A DNA stretch of 64,000 bases. Origin: Balanoglossus misakiensis (lineage: Eukaryota; Animalia; Hemichordata). Where the stretch lies: NCBI GenBank assembly GCA_040954595.2, contig CM082579.2:864922-928921 (forward strand). The letters run 5' to 3'. The notes beneath the pieces were generated by a model. It saw only the letters and a program-made list of their open reading frames with translations, did no database searches and had not been told where the DNA came from. Below, one piece after another: positions 1 to 11,847 of this stretch. The translations under genes were made by a program, and so were the position numbers. Numbering within the stretch: position 1 is the first letter of the stretch; every line of letters begins with the position of its first letter.

Positions 1-1720
1 ATAATAAGGTGTGTGGAACAAAGTATTTGCTGTAAAACGTGTGACCATATAACTGTCGAAATTTAAGTGACGGTGTTACGTAACGCAGTATGTGGGACCC
101 TTTTGTTATGCAAATGATGGATCTCTGTGGTGGCCAACCCTCCAAGGCTTGAGAGTGTGTACCAGTACGAGTAAACAAAGTGAAGTCGAGAACCAACATA
201 CATCACAATTTGGAAGATGGACTCTACTTCTTGAGTAAGTACAGACTCGAAGTTTTCATGATTTTAACATGGTAGCAGGGATTGAAAAGCTACAAACGTT
301 TTCTTTTTTTTACAATAATGTGCTTTGTGAGGCACATGTCGTCATGGTCGTGCGACTAACATAATCTCCGGCGTTCGACAACTTAAAATGTACGCCATCG
401 TCCGATCCATGATGTCGGCAGTATTGTGTTCAAGTGACAATACATTCTCCCTTAAACTTTTGGTAGTAATCTTACTCGTCATGATATACATGTAAGTGTA
501 TTTCACAAACTAAACCACATAGTGGCCTATTTAGCGTTGATTCTACAGCCAATGGCACGCGATATTTCAGGAAGCGATGTATCAGGCTAAAAGTTTTTTT
601 TTTTGCCAACATGTAGTTCATAATGGCGTCTTTGGTACCAAAAGTTTATGATCATGCTGTGGTTCCTGCGACAGCGAAACCTACGGTAAAATTGACATCT
701 TCGGTTTCAGATAACTAAAAGTTCTACAGTATTGCCGAATAAAACATTAGCTCATATTTTACAGGCATAAAACAATAGTCCTGTTACGTCGGTACGTTTG
801 GTTTTGAGTGGGAATCGCTGTCATAACAGTGTATAGGCTTAAGCCGGGGACGAATCCTTAACAATGGTTATTGATCGTCTTCTCTATTCATTTGTGGCTC
901 GTTTTTTGGTGTGCCTCCCGTTAGCGTTACAGCAGAACAAGCTCATCTCTTTTGATATGTATATCTCTTCTCCCGCCTTCAGGGTTTAAATCTCAGAGGG
1001 GGTAAAGAATTACAAAGTATTACGGTGAAACCGTTATTCCAACCACTGAATACACACGCGGTTGCAGTCTCAACCTGGAAATCTATTATTTACATTGGTT
1101 CTTCATAAAGTGAATAACTCGTGTAACTAAAAAAACCCTTGGGCGATGAAATAGTTTAAGTTGGCCTAGGGTTAATATCGAAACCATTCTCTTACACAAA
1201 TCAAAAACCTGCCAATATTCATGTCCTTGGGAGTTAGGACTGTAGTTAATGTAAATCCCTGTTAACTGACCCTGGTAACGAAGGTATGATACTTTCAAAA
1301 ATATTTCTGTGACTCATCTCATAGGAAAAACATAGTCAAACGATTATGTCGATCTCTACGCTTCGACACACTGGCGTGTTATACGTATAGCTAAAATGTA
1401 CTACTAATATGTAGTTTGTAATCGAGCAAGTGAGTATACATGGACTGTATGTTGTGAAGCTTAGAGTCCAAGCCAGGTTGTTTAATGCTTTATATCCTAA
1501 TTTTTGTTTTCATGGACGTGCTCTTGATTTCACAGTTGTTTGGTGTTTTGAAGTCATTCTCTGGATAGTTTGATTATACGATGAACGCCTACACGTCACA
1601 TCACAGATAAGCATTCCGCGTGTACAATATGGGACAAGCAATTATTTGAGGCATCCATGTTATTCACCTGTATTTCTTTATCCTCAACAGATGCGATGTT
1701 TGCTTTTCGTTGATGTAACA

Positions 1721-4700
1721 ATGGGAGGTTCACAAAGCAAACCTTCGTCCCCGTTGATGCTACCTTATGCCAACGGTACTTTGCCGAACGGAAGAGCCAA
1801 CACCAGTACTTCCTCTCAAAGATCGAGGAGCGATGAACCACCTGACGAAGAAGAGATCAAGGAAGGAAAAACAGCCCTATCCAAAGTCGTTAGATACTTA
1901 GAAAAGAAGAACGCCAGTGAGTTAGGCACGAGTGAAACACTGCACATGGTGATGGAACTCGACACGCCATTCGGAGACCTTCCGTCCAGTCAAGAAACAG
2001 AGAAAATCCGTGAATACTGTCGGCACCTGATAAAGATTAATTTCCCTAAATTGTTTGTGAAAATATGGAAGAAAATCCACGGAGCCATTGACACTAAAGG
2101 TGTGCAAGAACACGACGATGCATTTGCATTCCAAGTATCGGTGCTGGAATGCATTAAGATAGCATTGGCTCATTTGTGCAATCATTCTTCTGAGCTGGCC
2201 CGATCTCTGGGTGAAGCAGGCGCCGTAGAACTGTTCCTTGGAAATTTACAAAACCCGCGAATGCAGCCAGACAAGTTTCCAGCTCTCAACGTGGACACGT
2301 CCAAAGATGTTTACTTCGGAATGCTTTTGAGCACCATGGTGTGTCTGCACAGTCTGGTTCGAAACTGGGCTGAAAACAAACAATATGTGACTAGCGTAAA
2401 TGGCATGATGCTTTTACACAAATATATCCGGAAATGCAAAAACAGAGATATTAAAGTTATCTCGCTGTTCACTCTCAGTTACATCTTGAACGAGGATGAA
2501 TACGAACTGATAAGTTCAAGCGAGGACATAAGACTGTTCGTGGCAACTTTAGAAGCAGCTCTTGACAGTGAAGACGTGCCACGGATCTGGCAAACTGGTT
2601 TCTTTTCTTTCAGCGCCAAGGACATTCTTGCAGCTATAAACCAGCTTGCTCTCTATGACGACAATAAGGTCCGGTTGAAAATTTTTATTTTCTGTGTTGA
2701 CCCATCAACATTTCAGAATTATGAGTGCAAAACAGAATGTAAAAACTTTGGCTTGCAACGCTATGACTTTTATCAAATAGTATTTTTATGAGGTCATGAT
2801 TTGAATTATAACTACAAGTTCCTGTTAATAGGTACATGAAATCCCATGGGAATATTTCCTGACATGATTTTAAACACAGTGTGTTGACAAACCTACTGCG
2901 TCATACAAGCTCCTTTGTTCACTATTAGGCTATTTTGGTTGTGTAGGTGCGACTGGTCAACGGACGGGTGCTTCAACAGCTGTTGAGACTCTTGGATGAA
3001 GAAACAGAAAGTACGGAGGAAGAGAAGGAACTGACAGCAATTTCCATCTGGACTTTGTCATTCCATGCAGACAACAGGGAACGAATGGAATATATTGTAC
3101 CAGGTAAACTACTGACAAAATCAATACTGTACAAACTCAAAACTAACCGGACTGACGAATTAAATCTGTTCACATGGTCAGTACAATTCCGTCGAATTCA
3201 GTTGATTTACACGGTAATTCTGGATTTTTTTTATAACAAAACATAGTTCCGATTTGATTTTCATCTGTGTACGTTTCTTCTGTCATTCCAGAAGTTGAAC
3301 GTCAGTTGGGTTGCTCAAACAAAATCATTCGAAAAGCATGCTGTGGTACGTTATGGCAATTACAGCGACAAAAGCGTCCTCAACCAAGAAGGCCATTGGT
3401 TACTGGTTCTGGACATGTGATGATCAGCTACCAATGGGATTGCAACGAAATTGTGATGAAAATCAAAGAGCGCTTGAAGGCTGCAGGATATAGGGTTTGG
3501 GTGGAAGCCAATAAGACAGGTGTGTAAGAGTAGAATGACGCCAATAGCTGTTTGGAAAACATTGAATTCGCAGCGGTCGATGCTTTTTATATGTAATAAA
3601 ACAACCTCTTGATCTCAATCATTTTTCGCAGAACCCTTGACAAAATTTCGAAACGATGCAGTTATTGTTTTTTTTTCAGTTGGTACAACATTCCAAGCTG
3701 TAACAGAAGCTGTTGAAAAAGCTGAAGTTGTCATTATCTGCGTATCTGCAAAATACAAGAATAGTCTAATATGTCGAACAGGTAAGGGAGCATTCGTTTT
3801 TTACAGGGAGGGGGGGGCGGTGGAAATCAGAGGGGGGTTTACTTTTACAAAGCAGTTTTTAGGGGGGGGGGACAAATTTTATAATCAAGGGATTATTATA
3901 TAGGGACTGAAAGGGGGGGACTTGAAAACTTTGACGGCTAAATATTTATTTTGAGTCCACAAAAATGCAGTTTCGCGTCCTTTATTTTACACAATTTTCT
4001 AATGTGGGAGGGGGACACCCCCTCCCACACCCACCCCTCCATTCATCAACACCTTTCAATCATTGACTGGTTTATCTAGTGTCCCAGGTCAGGGGACTTG
4101 CCCCCACCCCATGATAACTTTGAGCGGCGACGTTAATTTGCTTTTGCTGGGTTCATTAAAATGCAGCTTTGAGCTCTGTATTTTATAAAATTTTCTTACG
4201 TGGGAGGGGGACACCCCCTCCCAAACCCACCCCCTTCAATTCTCGGTTTACAATGTCTCCCAACACAGAATACAAATACTTAAAAAATAAAAACAATGTT
4301 CAGTAGACATGTAAATGAACAGACATAAATTGACAACAGAGAAAAAGATGCTGAAAAAAGACAAACTGAAAATAGTTGAAGCGCACATTGGCCGGAAACT
4401 GTGTCAAACAACTCTGGAAAGTCTCAGAGTAAACCATGAGAGGGACAAAGAGGAGGATGAGCAGGAGGATGAAGAGGATGACTTGGACGAGGACAGTGAA
4501 CCAGAAGAGGAACATGTAGTGATAGGTGAACTAGGTGATTCAGCGGAAAGTGACTCAAAAGTGATAGCGGCGACATTGAAAATGAACTCTTTCACGTAAC
4601 AAGATCAGGCAGACAATGCACTACTTGGAAATCAAGGAACTAGGTTTCATGGTTGATTATGTGGTATGTCGAACATACACCAATATCTGACAAAGTTTGA

Positions 4701-7577
4701 TAAGTTTAATCCGGTGGATAAACTTTTTTTTTGGGGGGGGGGTCACATTTTAGAAAAGTAATTTCCAGGGGGGGGGTTGCCCTTTACATTTAGTCGGCGA
4801 CTCAAATTCCACCGCCCCCCCCCTCCCTGTAAAAAACGAATGCTCCCTAAGTTTGGACTTAACCATTAGAGTATGGTAACAGACAGCTATTGGCTCCGGA
4901 GAGAAACCCACAAAGATCAGTACTTTTCCCCAATAGCGATGTGTTCTATTCCCGTCAATCACGTGGTTTACGCGTTTCTGCCCTTTTGTTGGCGATTGTC
5001 TCGTTCCTTCCCTCATTTTGTCAGAATTTCTCGAGACAACTGTCATTCCATCTACATTTTGGAACACATCAAGATCTGAGACTCAGTAGAGCTGTCCATC
5101 TTTGGGGATCTTTAAAAGTCAGCGTTCATGTTCGCTGTATGCAGCGAATGCTCATTGTGCCATTAGTCACATTCCGTAGACAACTTGTGGGCGACAAACT
5201 TCCAGACGAGATGATGGCAAACAACACAACCAATACTTCGGGAGCTGACACTTACTTTACCAAAACAGAGGGTGCACTGGTTTGGTTGAGTATACTCATT
5301 AACTGTCTCACAGCTGTGGTTGGGGGGTTTGGAAATCTAGCAGTATGCGTTTTAGTTGTCACCAAGAAAACTTTACGGAAACCTCCAAATTTCCAACTCT
5401 GCAGTCTCTCCGTGATTGACTTCGTCTCCTGTTTCTATATTTTGCCGATGACTGTCCAGAAAAATGTCTCGTTTTTCACCGGTGCGTTAGCGATCACAGA
5501 CCCAGAGGTCCTGCGAGTTGTCTGCTATCTCAACAATTTCCTGTACCCATTTGCTTTCGTCGCTTCGTCGCTGACAATGACATTTCTAGCCATAACAAGG
5601 GCAGCGGCGATCAGCAACAGGTTTCACAAGTCCCATATTACGCGGCTGATTTTTGTCTCGATCGCTGTAACGTACGCTGTTGGTATTGCATCCGCATATT
5701 ACGCACGTCGCACGTCGATTACAGTTGACGGCGAGTCTGTCACTTGCGGCCAGTCCGACTATGAATCGATAGCTGAACGTCAGACTCGACTCGTTCCTCT
5801 TTTGGCAGTCAGTATTCTTTTCTTATTCGTGTTCGGATTCGCCTATGGTTTCGTCATTGCAATACTCAGACGTCGACAGCAGGAGATTCAGCCATACGTT
5901 ACCGGTCAACCTGGTACCAGCCAAGCAACTGTACACAAAAGCTCCATTTTCACTGTAGCGCTTTTAATGGCTAATTTCTGCCTGACACTCGCTCCGATGG
6001 TCATCTATTTGTTGCTCTTTAGTGGAGGCTTGGTGCAATATTCTCAGGCAGTTCTGTCTTTATTGTACGCTTTGAACATGAGCAGCAGCGCCACAAACCC
6101 TTACTTGCACTCCTTGAGAGGGAAACAATTTCGTCAATTCTTGGCAGTGAGGCGTTCAAAACGAACGGCAGTCGTTGAACCCATAAACGAACTGCCAGAA
6201 TCAATAGATGGCTATAATCATCAACATCGTACTGCCACCCAAAATAGACCTTCGAGTTCTCCTCAAATTGACAACGTTAATGTCCAAAGCACGGCCTTAT
6301 AATCAACCCCAATTTAGACACCCCCCCCCCTTTAGTTGAAAATTACTTCCTGCGAGAGAGAGCAAGAGAGAGAGGGTAGGGAGAGAGCGAGAGAGAGAGA
6401 ACATTTGTGAACAATTGTCAATCACTCCGCGCGTGTTTCTGAACTATTGCATCACAACCAGCTTGTCCGCAGTGTGACGTCACAAAATTTTCAGCCACCG
6501 TCAAGTACACCGACAGCATCTCCATGGCTGGCTACAAGGTAATCGCCGGAACATTAACAGCACTGGTTTCGTTGTCACTGGTTACCGACTAGGGGACTGT
6601 TTCTAGTTTATTTTACCATGCCTAACAAGTCAGCACCCGAATTATTGTAATTTTCAGATAATCGTTTTAACCTTACTATTCTTATGAAGCCTTTTCATAA
6701 GCTAAAAGCATCATTGCTTTGCTTCTGTCAAACTACAGGTGTGTACTTCGTCTCAATCTCTCCATTGCCCACAGGGCCTACACGTGCCAAAACACAGGAT
6801 TGAAACCCTATATGAATGCAAACCCTATGAATGCTTTTTACCTTTGCAGAAGCTGAATACGCTTACGATTTACGCAAGCCGACGATTCCAATCCGTGTGG
6901 AGGTGAACAGCTCACCAGAAGGGTGGTTAGCAACGATGTTGGGCACAAAACTTTACTTTGATTTCAGTGATGAGAAAAAACTGAACAAGATGGCACCCAA
7001 ACTGATAAAAGAATTAGGAGAGCGGGGAAAATCTCGAGTCCATGCATACAGAGGTGAATATAAATTGTTGTTTATGAATATTCCGAAATACAACTCATTG
7101 TATTTTTTGAATTTGCTAGCTGGTGTGATGAGAAACAGTAAAAACTGTCAGACTGGTTTGCTTGATGGATTTTTAGGACAACATTTCAACGTCTGACTAC
7201 AATTTATTCCAGACTCCTTCCGTGTGAAGACATCGACTCCAAAGAAAGCGCTCCCTAGAGAACACAACCCTCTACCGCCAACGCCCTATGAAGTCGACGA
7301 CACTGATGGTCTCCTACCACTTCCAAGGTCACCTAGCTTCACGGAATCCGTGCTGGAGACATGGACGCGTAAGGATGTCAAGTATTGGCTAAAGAGAAAC
7401 GGACTGAGTCACCTCACCTATCGTTTTCGTGGCTTCGACGGTGAATCGATGCAGGAACTGAAGATGATCGAACAGAAGGCACCAGAATTCTTCTATTCTT
7501 CTCTGCAGACCAAATTTGGATTTCGAAATGTATTGGACATTACCAAGTTTACCAGAGCATTGAAAGAAATCAATTAG
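1721..7577 (+). CDS. ARM-repeat/TIR/SAM-like protein, copy 1 (about 667 aa, 6 coding exons)
   Basis: Exons 1721-2668, 2947-3103, 3292-3519, 3680-3781, 6850-7053, 7213-7577, all GT-AG and in frame. N-terminus is MGGSQS. ARM-like helices (LGEAGAVELFL, AISIWTLSF, ACCGTLWQL). TIR_2-type motifs HVMISYQW, AVEKAEVVIICVSAKYKNS, CRTEAEYAY, GWL..LYFDF. C-terminal SAM-like segment WTRKDVKYWLKRNGL. Confidence 0.85.
3786..4847. mobile_element. Non-autonomous PIF/Harbinger-like DNA transposon (1062 bp)
   Basis: About 40-bp terminal inverted repeats (GGGAGCATTCGTTTTTTACAGGGAG...GCGGTGGAA at 3786-3825, reverse complement at 4807-4847, differing by one base in the G run). TAA on both sides (3783-3785, 4848-4850). 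A TAA TSD with GGG termini is typical of PIF/Harbinger. No transposase ORF. Confidence 0.85.
3960..4237. repeat. Internal diverged direct repeat (about 80 bp) with a GGGAGGGGG-ACA-CCCCCTCCC hairpin
   Basis: aaaatgcag...gtgggagggggacaccccctccc.aacccacccc occurs at about 3961-4040 and about 4158-4237 inside the transposon. Confidence 0.75.
5211..6302 (+). CDS. Intronless rhodopsin-family (class A) orphan GPCR, 363 aa, nested in intron 4 of ARM-TIR copy 1
   Basis: Seven hydrophobic segments. N-glycosylation sequons NNT and NTS. TM1 GN, TM2 LSVID, TM3 Cys (VVCY) with ECL2 Cys (VTCG), TRA at the DRY position, TM7 NPYLH. ATG 5211 chosen because the ORF-track start at 4890 is TTG. Confidence 0.88.
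   Translation: MMANNTTNTSGADTYFTKTEGALVWLSILINCLTAVVGGFGNLAVCVLVVTKKTLRKPPNFQLCSLSVIDFVSCFYILPMTVQKNVSFFTGALAITDPEVLRVVCYLNNFLYPFAFVASSLTMTFLAITRAAAISNRFHKSHITRLIFVSIAVTYAVGIASAYYARRTSITVDGESVTCGQSDYESIAERQTRLVPLLAVSILFLFVFGFAYGFVIAILRRRQQEIQPYVTGQPGTSQATVHKSSIFTVALLMANFCLTLAPMVIYLLLFSGGLVQYSQAVLSLLYALNMSSSATNPYLHSLRGKQFRQFLAVRRSKRTAVVEPINELPESIDGYNHQHRTATQNRPSSSPQIDNVNVQSTAL
6352..6400. repeat. Imperfect (GA)n microsatellite
   Basis: gagagagagcaagagagagagggtagggagagagcgagagagagaa. Confidence 0.8.
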
Positions 7578-8778
7578 AAATGAATTTAAACATTGTTCAC
7601 AGACATGTGAACACGCTAATGTCGACCTGCGTGAATGCAAATCCGTCCAGCTTGCGATCATCAAAGAACGCAATGAAGTCGATTGGAGGCACGTGCCATG
7701 GCTTATTAACATAAAACCTGAATTTTGCTTGAACTTTTACTAGTTTGAATGTAATTTTTACAGTGCTGTGTCAGTATCAGTTAGTATCCAGCCTTGTCAC
7801 GTTTTACATGTACACCCATTAAAGCTACCATTTTTTTGACACTCTAGAAATTGGTTTTTGATGGTTTGTGTTTCTTAATTTTCAATCTCTCGCAGTGCGC
7901 ACAATCACACTGCATTGAAGTTTACGTTTATGTGTCGCCCACTGCCATGGTTACTGGTAGCTACAGTTACAAACCTCTATGACGTATCATGGATATCGTT
8001 TTAGTTCTTGATGTGTGGCATGTTAGAAAATTCGAACCGATCTTGCTGTACCATTGAAGTCCTTCGATCTCATGTAAATCACAGGTCGACTGAGAGGCTT
8101 TTCAATTCTTTCATTGTTGCTAGCCATTGACGTTGTTTATGAAAGCTGACAGATCAATAGCAACTATACCTTTGTTTACACATGGAGGTAGTCTCGTTCC
8201 TTCCGCCATGGGTGCATGTTATTGCGAAGAACACAGTTCTGTCATTTGAATCAGTCGATAATTTCAACAAAAATTAACCAGACTGGTTATCAAGAATTCG
8301 GCACCAGTAAATCAACCGGTTGCACTGCCGTGAAGGATCTCGCTTACGTGCAATACAACAAAGAGTCGGGGTAGTTACGCGTTACACGAACACTCCCACC
8401 TTTTTCGACGACAGGCCACTTGGACGTGTCTTTCGTTAATCAACGCGGTTAGACAAGGTGTTGCACTGAATGAGTGACTGGACCTGCAGGGCAGAAAATT
8501 GTAGAAGACACCAGGTAGGGAAGATATTGCGCACACTTGCAATATTCCTGTTACAGGGTCAGTTGCGGGGTCGCCCATGTGTAAACCGAAATGCGAGTAA
8601 TAGGTCATTGTAGGTGTTAATACATGGATCACTTGTCTGAAAACGCAGAGCACCTGAGGTTTTCACCGTTTAAATGAGACCTGTTATGAAGATAGGATAT
8701 TCATTTTCACCACGCGATCCAAACCGTGAGCCGGTTCCTATTTCCTGTTTTCACAGATCGAAATCATAAAAGTCATTA

Positions 8779-11700
8779 ATGGGTTGCGGAGCTAGCACGG
8801 CGCCAATGCCTGTCCAAGGCACCTCGCCATCCCACGCAAACAAACCAATCACCCCCTCCCCTGAGGATGAACAATTGGAGGATGGAGAGGAAGAAAGTTT
8901 TGACGATTGGGAGGAGAAGGAACAGTTCGACGAATGGATAAAATCACTGAAAGATATGGACGATTATTTGACGCACGAAGCTCTTGAAATCGTGGAATCA
9001 TTGGCCGAAGCACTCGACCCGACTTCCAGACAACGCACGATTACGCAAGCTAAATATCTTGTAAAAATAAAATACACTGAGCTTTTCTTAAAGATTTATG
9101 GCAATCTAAAAGACTTTCCACTTGTTTCAAACATCGAAATAAATAACTCTCAAAAGGCGATTCGAGCGGGGTATGTCTACGATTGCATAAAAGTTATTCT
9201 GTGGAATGCATGTGATGCGCTCCCAGCTCTGTGTCGTGATGCAGGCAAAGCAGGCATCATCAAGATTCTTGTGGATCAATTAAAAGATCCAAGCAGCGCC
9301 CCTGACAAACTAACAGGGGAGGATAATTACACGGTGATTAACCCTGACAGAATGGTGAGGAGCAATCTGGGTATACTACACAATGTCATTCGCAATTGCC
9401 TAGACAACAGACCATATTTTCGTGAAGCCAACGCAGTTGAGCTTTTAACGCAGTACCTAAACTGCGAGCACCCAACTGTACAAGCAATATCCGTGTTAAT
9501 ACTCGCTTATGTAATCAAAGATGAAGAAGTTGACAAAATTTCGACAGGGGACGAAAGTATCAAATTCATACTGAAGATTCTTGAGTCTGCATTGAGCGCT
9601 GATGACCATATGTCGCCTGAATATTTCTTCGACACGACAGAAATCGTTGATGGACTGATTTACTTGGCGGCCAATGACGGCAACAAGGTAAGTTCATCAC
9701 ACAACGTCAGTATGTTTGGGAGCAGGTTGAAGGCTAAAGAATTAATCTTCGTTTAAGTGCCCAATGAAAAGAAATACATATATTTATGGCGTTTCTTCCA
9801 CAACTTTCGAACTTAATATCATTGTTACATCATGTATTTCCATTGACCATTTTTGTCCGCAATCCGCAGCTGAAATTCGTTGAAAATGGAGCCCTGCCGC
9901 TATTGGTCCAACTTCTTAAACCCACGTGTTCTGATGTGGAGCAGAAATTGGCTGCCACAGCCATCTGGACATTGGCTTTCCATGACAAAAACAAAGATCG
10001 TATACGCAAAGAAAAAGGGTGTCTAGAAGGTCAGTTAAGTTGTCGTCTGCATCCTTCTAATTTTTTTGCTCGAAAAAAAACGAAAAGAAAAATTTATTAT
10101 TTTAGGTGGCGCGCGCTGCACATAACAAAAAGATCTTGGCCATTGCAAATTAAATTGCAATTTTTCTACTTCAAAATATATCAATAAGTTTCAAAAATTA
10201 ATTTTAATTTTGTAGCTTGTAGGTCAAAATACCGTTTCTTTTAACACGATGTGCTTGTTTTATAAATTATTAATTTGTTTCTTTACAGCTCTGAAGAGAC
10301 TCCAAGGTTCAAAGGTCAATGGGTTGAAGAAAGCCAGCAGTGGTGCATTGTGGGAGCTTAGGGAGGATGACCAAGACAAACCAGCAAATAATACCTCATC
10401 TGTTCCTGGGCAGATGCAAACCTCTTCCGGTCATGTGATGATAAGCTACCAATGGGGTTGTCAGAAATTGGTCTTGACTCTCAAAGACAGATTAAAAGCA
10501 GCAGGTTTTAATATTTGGATGGACGTCGAACAAATGGGTTAGCATCAATCCATTTTTTCTTCAAAACGTTCTTGGCTGTTCATATTATTACGAGGCATTT
10601 GAAAATAACGTGCGGAGCAGACTTCACACCATCCAGCTCTTAGCATGATTCATTTTTAAAAGTGTCTTAATATTACTCCTTTTTGGCACCTTTTGTGAAA
10701 ATTTCAAGAAAATGACAATATTGTAACACTATTTTGTCAACTATGGATTTTGTGCTTCTCAGGTGGTTCTACACTGGAAGCAATGGCAGGAGCCGTGGAA
10801 AAGGCTGATGTGGTGCTCATTTGCATGTCGGAGAAGTACAAAGACAGTCCAAGTTGTCGGTCAGGTAAAAACATACTATTTTTAACTACAATATTGTAGA
10901 CGGACGAAGAAAGAGAGAGATGGGGACAACGCTTATTATATTGCGATATTGTCTTCTGCGAAATAAATTTTTGAGTTTGGGAGAGACAGCTTCAGCGACA
11001 AGGGAAACTACTATCCCCAAATATTCTACTCACTATGCACATACATCGCTCTTAAAAATACAACGGTTTCCACGGTGATTGACACGTGATATCAGCAGAG
11101 TTACATCGCATTCTACATTCTCTCCTCAGAAGCGGAATACACGTACAAACTCCATAAGCCTTTCATCCCCCTTCGAGTACAACGCGGTTACTCTCCTGAC
11201 GGTTGGCTTGGTATCCTGGTTGGAACTAAACTCTATTTTGACTTCAGCGATCGCGGTGACATGGATATTATGCTGCAGAAACTTATTAAAGAACTTGGTG
11301 AGAGAGGGCGGCTAAAGATCCCTAAAGCTATTGTCGATGAAGGTACACCATATTTCCCTGGTTTGATTTTAGGGGGAAAGGGGTCACTGTGCGTGTGGAG
11401 TGCAAATTCCGTTTCTGGAAATTTGGAAGCCTATCACCTATAGCGTACATTTCTTAACATTTGCAGACGCAAATTTGTTGGACTGGCCAAGTTTAGATAT
11501 ACGTCAGAAGTACCATACCAGTACAATCATTTATAACTTTCGAATCCTGTTTTTTTCTAGTTCAAGCGGAAAGCGCTGCAACTGAACGAGCCGGAAACAT
11601 GGCAGTTGTTCAGACCACATCTGCGCAGTCATGGAGCAACGCCGAAGTGACACAATGGTTGGTCAGGAACAATTTGGGTCATCTAAAAGGAAGATTCTCG

Positions 11701-11847
11701 GGATATACTGGGGAAGACGTGACAGGTCTCAAGACTATACTAATCAAATCTCCAGAATTCTTTTATTCATCCTCCACGACCGATAAGGGAGTGAAGAATC
11801 TCCTCGATGTTGTGAAACTGGAGAGGGCGTTAGAACAGTTAGATTGA
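8779..11847 (+). CDS. ARM-repeat/TIR/SAM-like protein, copy 2 (about 639 aa, 6 coding exons)
   Basis: Exons 8779-9687, 9870-10029, 10289-10537, 10763-10864, 11130-11342, 11561-11847, with the same intron positions and phases (0,1,1,1,1) as copy 1. N-terminus is MGCGAS. TIR: HVMISYQW...IWMDVEQMGGSTLEAMAGAVEKADVVLICMSEKYKDSPSCRSEAEYTY. SAM-like segment WSNAEVTQWLVRNNL. Confidence 0.9.

Noticed and set aside
4890-5210. 107-aa N-terminal extension of the GPCR ORF
   Set aside because: It starts at TTG and is not protein-like. The glycosylated N-terminus begins at ATG 5211.
1646-11847. Calling the ARM/TIR genes SARM1 orthologues
   Set aside because: The domain order is ARM-TIR-SAM, and the TIR motifs (HVMISYQW, CRxEAEY) differ from those of SARM1.
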